This document shows positions 45,069 to 49,962 of a stretch of 49,962 bases of DNA, piece after piece. The translations under genes and the position numbers were made by a program. The DNA lies in assembly GCA_021814355.1 (NCBI GenBank), contig JAKAIJ010000001.1, positions 1-49,962 of the forward strand. The letters are read 5' to 3'. The DNA is from Acidobacteriota bacterium. Its GTDB lineage: Bacteria; Acidobacteriota; UBA4820; DSQY01. The notes beneath the pieces were generated by a model, which worked only from the letters and a program-made list of their open reading frames with translations, did no database searches and was not told where the DNA came from. The first letter of the stretch is position 1; each line of letters begins with the position of its first letter.

Positions 45069-45890
45069 CAGAGGCTGGTAGGTGCGGCGGAGCACGAGCC
45101 GGAAGGGCGGAGGGCCGCCGGGTCCGCGGACGAACAGGCGGTCCACGATCCAGACGTCCCTGCCGAGCTTCAAGGTCCGCTCGTCGCCGGGGCCGTCCGG
45201 AAAGGGCTGGAACGCCCCGGCGAACCAGGAGGACCAGCGATAGCCGTCCGGGCGGGTGCAGAGCAGGTGGAGCGACGACTCGCCCGCGCACTCCCCCGTT
45301 CTCAGTCCCACGAAATAGACCTGTCCCACGGCGCCGTCCGGGGGCAGCTCGCCCTTGCGGACGTAGAACTTGGGTTTGCTCCATTCGTCCCAGCGCCAGC
45401 TGGCCGGGAAGAGCCGCAGAACCCAGAGCGGGGTTCGGTCTGGCGCATCTCCCGAGGGGGTGCGCCCGTCGAGCCCCACGAGCGTGTAGTCGAAGGCGGG
45501 ACCGGCGGCGCCGTTCTCGAGGGCCCAGGCCTCCGCCCTGCGCGACTCCGAGGCGAAGTCCTCCGACCAGAGGGCGTAGGCGGCGAGCAGGGGCCAGGCC
45601 GCGTCGCGCTTCTCGAGAACGAGCCGCCGGCCGCAGGCCCCCAGGCCGTACCGCACCCGGCGGGCGGTGGAGGCGAGCCCCAGGCGGGTGGTCCGCCCGA
45701 ACGCCACGCGGTACTGGCGAAGCGCTTCGGCCACGTCCCCGCGCGCGGCGGCCTCCTCGGCCTCCGCCAGCGACGCGAAGCCCCCCTGGGCGAAGAGCGC
45801 CGCGGGGAACTCCGTCGGGGCCACGCGGAGATGCGCCCCCACGGCCGCCACCGCCAGAAGAAGGGCGAGCGCGCTTCCGAGACGGCTCAT
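45066..45890 (-). CDS. Hypothetical secreted protein.
   Basis: Start at ATG 45890 (ATGA overlap with the upstream Wzy_C-like gene). The N-terminal signal-peptide-like segment is MSRLGSALALLLAVAAVGAH. I recognise no family motif. Its stop TAA (45068..45066) coincides with the TTA flank of the MITE-like element. Confidence 0.55.
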   Translation of the reverse strand: MSRLGSALALLLAVAAVGAHLRVAPTEFPAALFAQGGFASLAEAEEAAARGDVAEALRQYRVAFGRTTRLGLASTARRVRYGLGACGRRLVLEKRDAAWPLLAAYALWSEDFASESRRAEAWALENGAAGPAFDYTLVGLDGRTPSGDAPDRTPLWVLRLFPASWRWDEWSKPKFYVRKGELPPDGAVGQVYFVGLRTGECAGESSLHLLCTRPDGYRWSSWFAGAFQPFPDGPGDERTLKLGRDVWIVDRLFVRGPGGPPPFRLVLRRTYQPL

Positions 45891-47356
45891 CCGGCCGCCT
45901 CCCGTTCCCCGGTCACTTCGTCCCTCCGGGGGCCTCCGTGCCGGCGCCTCTGCTTGTGCGCGCTGCCGCCCGCGTCGAGCTGCACCTCCAGGGCGACCAT
46001 CCCCACGATGCAGACCAGGAGCAGGGCGCCCACGATCGGGAAGACGTGGGCCGTGAAGTCCACCGCCGCGTGCAGGGTCTCCCCCACGAGGACCGGGGCC
46101 AACCAGAAGGCGGCGTGGGCCTCGAGCGAGAGCCTCGCGGCCAAGTAGACCACCCCGACCCCCGTCGCCAGCGCCGCCAAGGCGGGCAGGATTCCCCCTT
46201 CGAAGAAGGCCTGGAGGTACTCGTTCTCCAGGTGGGTGTTGCGCATCTGCGGGAAGAAAGGAAGGTCCGCGGATTCGGCGGCGAATTGCGGCTCGAAGCT
46301 GCCCAGGCCGTGCCCCAGGGCGAACCCGTGGGCGGGCACGTTGGCGCCGAGCCGGAGGCGGCCCCGGTCCGACACCAGCCCCGACCACGCCGCCAGGGCC
46401 CCGCCGCAAAGCAACGCCGCGAGGAAGACCCATGCGAGCGCGAGCCTCCAGGGGCGGGAGGGGTGGAGTGCGCCGTTGGCGAGCCACGCGAGCGGATAGA
46501 AGAGCAGCGCCAGCAGCGAGCCCTGCGAGTGGCTGGCGAAGAGCACGGCCACGTGGAGGGCGAAGAGGCCCAGGCAGAGCAGGCGCAGCCCGAAGCGGTC
46601 GCTACGCCGTGCGGTGGCGCAGGAGAGGCGCCAGATCAGGTAGTAGAGCAGCGGAACCGCGAGGTTGACGAAGGCGGCGCCGTGGTTGGGATTCACGAAG
46701 GGACCGAAGGCTCCCGCGGCCCGCGCGCTGGGGCGCACCCAGAGGATCGTCGTCCGGGCCTTGTCCTGGAACTCCGCCAGCGCCGCCAGCGCCACGAAGA
46801 GGCCGAGCCCGCCGACCAGCCAGGCGAGCCGGCGGAGCGCATCGCGCCCCTCTTCGGCGAGCCGCTCGAGCAGGAGGATGAGGCAGAGGCCGGCGGCGAG
46901 GGCCAGCAGCGCGCGGAAGGTGGCCGGCGGCGTGAAGCTGGGGGGGATCCACGCGGGCGCCTTCGGGGTGCGCGGTGTCCAGTTCTCGGGCGGAAGGGGT
47001 TTTTCGGCCTCCGCGGAGAAGGGGTCCCGCCGGTAGGCGTCCGTATGGAGCAGGGCCTCGGCCCGGGCCGCCCGCTCGTACATCGTGTACCGCTCGGCGC
47101 CGCAGGCTTTCCAGAGCGACGCCGGCAAGGGGACCAGCTGGGCGAGCCCGACCGCCAGGAGCACGACGACGAGCAGCGCCGGAAGCCAGAGCCGCCTGGG
47201 AACGCGCCAGAACTCCCTGGAGCCCCATCCCACCACGGACGCGCCCGCGAGAAGGATCACTTCGCAGGCGGCGATGGACCAGTTCTCCATGCAGCCGAAG
47301 GCGAGCGAGGAGAAGACGAAAAAGAGGGCCAGGGGCCAGAAGGCCGACAGGGTCAG
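45887..47356 (-). CDS. O-antigen ligase/polymerase family membrane protein (Wzy_C-like), copy 2; start codon uncertain.
   Basis: The protein is polytopic. LAFGCMENWSIAACEVILL is the typical N-terminal helix pair, and FASHSQGSLLAL and NTHLENEYLQAFFEGGI form a Wzy_C-like loop. No ATG or GTG lies between the rmlB stop and the first conserved helix. The 5' end is provisionally set at CTG 47356. Confidence 0.6.
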   Translation of the reverse strand: MTLSAFWPLALFFVFSSLAFGCMENWSIAACEVILLAGASVVGWGSREFWRVPRRLWLPALLVVVLLAVGLAQLVPLPASLWKACGAERYTMYERAARAEALLHTDAYRRDPFSAEAEKPLPPENWTPRTPKAPAWIPPSFTPPATFRALLALAAGLCLILLLERLAEEGRDALRRLAWLVGGLGLFVALAALAEFQDKARTTILWVRPSARAAGAFGPFVNPNHGAAFVNLAVPLLYYLIWRLSCATARRSDRFGLRLLCLGLFALHVAVLFASHSQGSLLALLFYPLAWLANGALHPSRPWRLALAWVFLAALLCGGALAAWSGLVSDRGRLRLGANVPAHGFALGHGLGSFEPQFAAESADLPFFPQMRNTHLENEYLQAFFEGGILPALAALATGVGVVYLAARLSLEAHAAFWLAPVLVGETLHAAVDFTAHVFPIVGALLLVCIVGMVALEVQLDAGGSAHKQRRRHGGPRRDEVTGEREAAG

Positions 47357-48471
47357 ACTCCCACCCGTCCGCGGGGCGCCGCGGCCGGCGGCGCTCCGCC
47401 GGCTCCGGCGTCCTCGTAGGTCCGGCGGACGAACTCCCGGTACTCTCCGGTCTGTACGCGCCGCCACCACGGCTCGTGGTCCAGGTACCACCTCACCGTC
47501 GCCCGCAGACCCGCGTCGAAGGGGACCTCGGGACGGAAGCCGAGCTCTCGCTCGGCCTTGGACGGATCGAGGGCGTAGCGCCAGTCGTGGCCGGGGCGGT
47601 CCTTCACGAAGACGACGCGAGAGAGCGCCCGGTCGGGGTCTCCGCCCGCGGCCGAGGCGAGCTCCCGGGCGAGCCCGCGGACGAGGTCCAGGTTCCTCCG
47701 CTCGCACCGCGCGCCCAGGTTGTAGACCTGTCCCGCCCGCCCCCCCTCGAGCGCCAACAGGACGCCCCGGCTGTGGTCGTCCACGTGGATCCAGTCCCGC
47801 ACGTTCTCGCCCTTTCCGTAGACGGGCAGCGTCTGGCCGTCCACGAAGCGGGCGATCAGGAAGGGGATGAGCTTCTCGGGGAACTGGCGGGGACCGTAGT
47901 TGTTGCAGCAGCGCGTCACCACCGTATCGAGGCCGAACGTGCGGTGGTACGCGAGGACGAGCTGGTCCGCCGCCGCCTTGCTCGCGGAGTAGGGCGAGGA
48001 GGGGGCCAGGGGCGTCTCCTCGGTGAAGCGGCCCGTCTCCCCCAGCGCGCCGTAGACCTCGTCGGTGGAGACCTGGAGGAAGCGGCCCCCGCCCGGCGCC
48101 CAGGCTCCGCGGGCCGCCTCCAGCAGGGTGGCCGTCCCCAGGACGTTGGTCCTCACGAAATCCAGCGGGCCGAGGAGGGAGCGGTCCACGTGGCTCTCGG
48201 CGGCGAAGTGGACCACCGCCGACGGCGCCTCCTCCGCGAAAAGCCGGCCCACCGCGGCCCCGTCCGCCACGTCTCCGCGGACGAAACGGTAGCGGTCCGC
48301 GAACCGCGCGTCGAGGCCTTCGAGGTTCTCGAGGTTGCCGGCGTAGGTGAGGGCGTCCAGCACCACGACGCGCCAGTCCGGCCGCGACGAGAGCGCGAGG
48401 GCGACGAAGCCGCTGCCGACGAAGCCGGCGCCGCCCGTGACCAGGACCGTGCGCACCGCGTCCCGCCTCAC
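47353..48471 (-). CDS. rmlB: dTDP-glucose 4,6-dehydratase.
   Basis: Start at GTG 48471 (GTGA overlap; GTG 48456 is an alternative). Motifs VLVTGGAGFVGSGF, HFAAESHVDRS, STDEVYG, SPYSASKAAADQLV and NNYGPRQFPEKLIP. Confidence 0.9.
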   Translation of the reverse strand: MRRDAVRTVLVTGGAGFVGSGFVALALSSRPDWRVVVLDALTYAGNLENLEGLDARFADRYRFVRGDVADGAAVGRLFAEEAPSAVVHFAAESHVDRSLLGPLDFVRTNVLGTATLLEAARGAWAPGGGRFLQVSTDEVYGALGETGRFTEETPLAPSSPYSASKAAADQLVLAYHRTFGLDTVVTRCCNNYGPRQFPEKLIPFLIARFVDGQTLPVYGKGENVRDWIHVDDHSRGVLLALEGGRAGQVYNLGARCERRNLDLVRGLARELASAAGGDPDRALSRVVFVKDRPGHDWRYALDPSKAERELGFRPEVPFDAGLRATVRWYLDHEPWWRRVQTGEYREFVRRTYEDAGAGGAPPAAAPRGRVGV

Positions 48472-49325
48472 GCCGCCGCGCGCCCCGTGGCGCGCAGGTA
48501 GTCGCACATGGCCACCTCCCAGGAGCGGACTGGGAGCGTCGGCAGGCCCTGGCGCAGCCAGCCGTGGCGCGGCCTCGCCGCGGGGCGGGGAAACTCCGCC
48601 GTGGCGCAGGGCACCACCCGGCACGCGAGGCCCGCGGCCTTTACGAGCGCCTCGGCGAACCGGAACCGGGTGACGGGCCCGCCGCCGTTTACGGCGTGGG
48701 CGATGCCCGCGGCCCCGGCGCGGAGCAGCGCCACGATCTGCCCCGCCAGGTCGTCCGTGTAGGTGGGGGCGCCCCACTGGTCGTCCACCACCCGGAGCTC
48801 CCCGCGCGCCGCCGAGAGCCGCAGGATCGCGTCGGGGAAGCTGCGCCCCGTCCGGCCGTAGAGCCACTGCGTCCGGCAGACGAGGAACCGGCCCGGCGGC
48901 ATCGCCGCGGCCACCGCGCGCTCCCCCTCCAGCTTGGTGCGGCCGTAGGCGTTGACCGCCGGGCCGGGAGGGTCCCCGGGAGAGTAGCCGTGGGGCCGGT
49001 CGCCGGGAAAGACGTGGTCTGTGCTGAGGTGGACGAGGAAGAGCCCCCGCTCCGCGCAGGCGCGGGCCACCGCGCCGGCCCCCGCGGCGTTGGCGCGGGA
49101 CGCCTCGTCCACGCGGGACTCGGCGCCGTCCACGTCGGTGTAGGCCGCCGCGTTCACCACCACGTCGGCGGGATGCGCGTCCAGGAAGCGGGCGAGCGAC
49201 TCGGGGGAGGCGATGTCCACCGCGGGCAGGTCGCCCCCCGCCACCGGAAAGCCGGCCGCCTCGAACGCCGGCGCGGCGTCCCGGCCGAACATCCCGCCGG
49301 CCCCCAGAAGGAGCAGCCTCCTCAC
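48468..49325 (-). CDS. rmlD: dTDP-4-dehydrorhamnose reductase.
   Basis: Start at GTG 49325. Motifs LLLLGAGGMFG, VVNAAAYTDVDGAE, HLSTDHVF, NAYGRTKLEGE and VVDDQWGAPTYTDDLA. Confidence 0.85.
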   Translation of the reverse strand: MRRLLLLGAGGMFGRDAAPAFEAAGFPVAGGDLPAVDIASPESLARFLDAHPADVVVNAAAYTDVDGAESRVDEASRANAAGAGAVARACAERGLFLVHLSTDHVFPGDRPHGYSPGDPPGPAVNAYGRTKLEGERAVAAAMPPGRFLVCRTQWLYGRTGRSFPDAILRLSAARGELRVVDDQWGAPTYTDDLAGQIVALLRAGAAGIAHAVNGGGPVTRFRFAEALVKAAGLACRVVPCATAEFPRPAARPRHGWLRQGLPTLPVRSWEVAMCDYLRATGRAAA

Positions 49326-49333
49326 GCGGTCCC

Positions 49334-49792
49334 CTACCGGTCCTTGGTCGCCCAGTCGTAGGCGATGAGGCCGTTTTGGTGCGGGTCCAGGCGGTGCTCG
49401 TCGGGGTTCCGGTAGTCGTACGTTTTCGTCGTCACGTTGATGATGTACGCCTCCTCGGTACCGAGGCACTTCCAGCCGTGGTAGACGCCGACGGGGACCT
49501 GAACCAGCAGCGGGTTCTGCTCGCCGATGACGAACTCGGCGACCTCGCCCCGGGTGGGCGAGCCCTCCCGCGTGTCGGCCAGCACCAGCTTCACCATACC
49601 CTTGACGCAGACGAAGTTGTCCTCCTGGAGTTCGTGGCGGTGCCAGGCTTTCACCACGCCGGGGTAGGTGGTCGTGAGGTACACCTGCCCGAAGCCGGTG
49701 AAGAGCGCGTCGTCCGCCCTCAGCATCTCCATGAGCCGGCCCCGGTCGTCTGGGAGGACCTTCAGCGGCTTCACCTTCACGTCATGGATCAT
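49334..49792 (-). CDS. Short RmlC-like cupin (dTDP-4-dehydrorhamnose 3,5-epimerase-related).
   Basis: 152 aa with ATG at 49792. Motifs DDRGRLMEM, GQVYLTTTYPGVVKAWHRH and VPVGVYHGW (cupin His residues). It lies immediately upstream of rmlD and rmlB. Confidence 0.7.
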   Translation of the reverse strand: MIHDVKVKPLKVLPDDRGRLMEMLRADDALFTGFGQVYLTTTYPGVVKAWHRHELQEDNFVCVKGMVKLVLADTREGSPTRGEVAEFVIGEQNPLLVQVPVGVYHGWKCLGTEEAYIINVTTKTYDYRNPDEHRLDPHQNGLIAYDWATKDR

Positions 49793-49802
49793 CGGCTCGT
49801 CC

Positions 49803-49855
49803 CTTAGGGCCTATCCGTAAATAGGGCGCGGCCGCGCGCTCTGCGCCGGGCGAGC
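49803..49855. repeat. Second copy of the left end of the MITE-like element (49 nt identical, plus the CTTA flank); the rest runs off the window.
   Basis: 49807..49855 is identical base for base to 44791..44839, and both are preceded by CTTA. Similarity decays after position 50. The window ends before a right-hand inverted repeat could appear. Confidence 0.6.
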
Positions 49856-49962
49856 AGGGTAGGGGCTCGGGCCGCCAAGGGCTCCCGGCGCGTTGCCCCC
49901 CGGGCCGGTGCAGATTCACGAAGGCCCGAGGCAGGCGTGCGGGACGGCACGCAGACGAGGGC

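Overview
The window is a high-GC bacterial segment. Every credible gene lies on the minus strand, and together they form one very large surface-glycan (O-antigen, capsule or glycoconjugate) biosynthesis locus. The long plus-strand ORFs are antisense artefacts of the GC content.

Genes in coordinate order; transcription runs from high to low coordinates:
- gmd, 5' end only.
- A membrane CapD/WbpM/PglF-type 4,6-dehydratase.
- A split ThDP-dependent E1 alpha/beta pair, followed by an aldo-keto reductase interrupted by an in-frame TAG.
- A small PglC-like phosphoglycosyl transferase.
- Four GT4 glycosyltransferases.
- Two different acetamidino-forming modules (PP-loop N-acetyl-sugar amidotransferase plus HisH-like plus HisF-like). 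One of them carries an embedded SAM methyltransferase.
- An AsnB-like amidotransferase.
- Two Wzy_C-family membrane proteins and a Wzx-like flippase.
- An MBOAT plus SGNH-like O-acylation pair.
- A KASIII-like protein with Ser in place of the catalytic Cys, next to an ACP and an LbH acyltransferase.
- A complete GDP-linked legionaminic-acid-type nonulosonic acid pathway (PtmE, LegB, LegC, LegH, LegG, LegI, LegF, plus PtmA-like and PtmF-like genes).
- wbpA, wbpB and wbpD-like genes for a 2,3-diacetamido uronic acid.
- Two tandem PF14907-like nucleotidyltransferase paralogs.
- A secreted hypothetical protein.
- rmlB, rmlD and an rmlC-like gene.

Non-coding structure:
- A 275-bp MITE-like element has 21-bp imperfect terminal inverted repeats and flanking TTA repeats. 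It fills the whole gap between two otherwise tightly packed genes.
- A second copy of its first 49 nt sits just upstream of rmlC, at the window edge.
- At least 19 gene junctions are 4-nt ATGA or GTGA start/stop overlaps.

All family assignments come from reading motifs in the translations. No database search was possible. No tRNA, rRNA or CRISPR array was seen.
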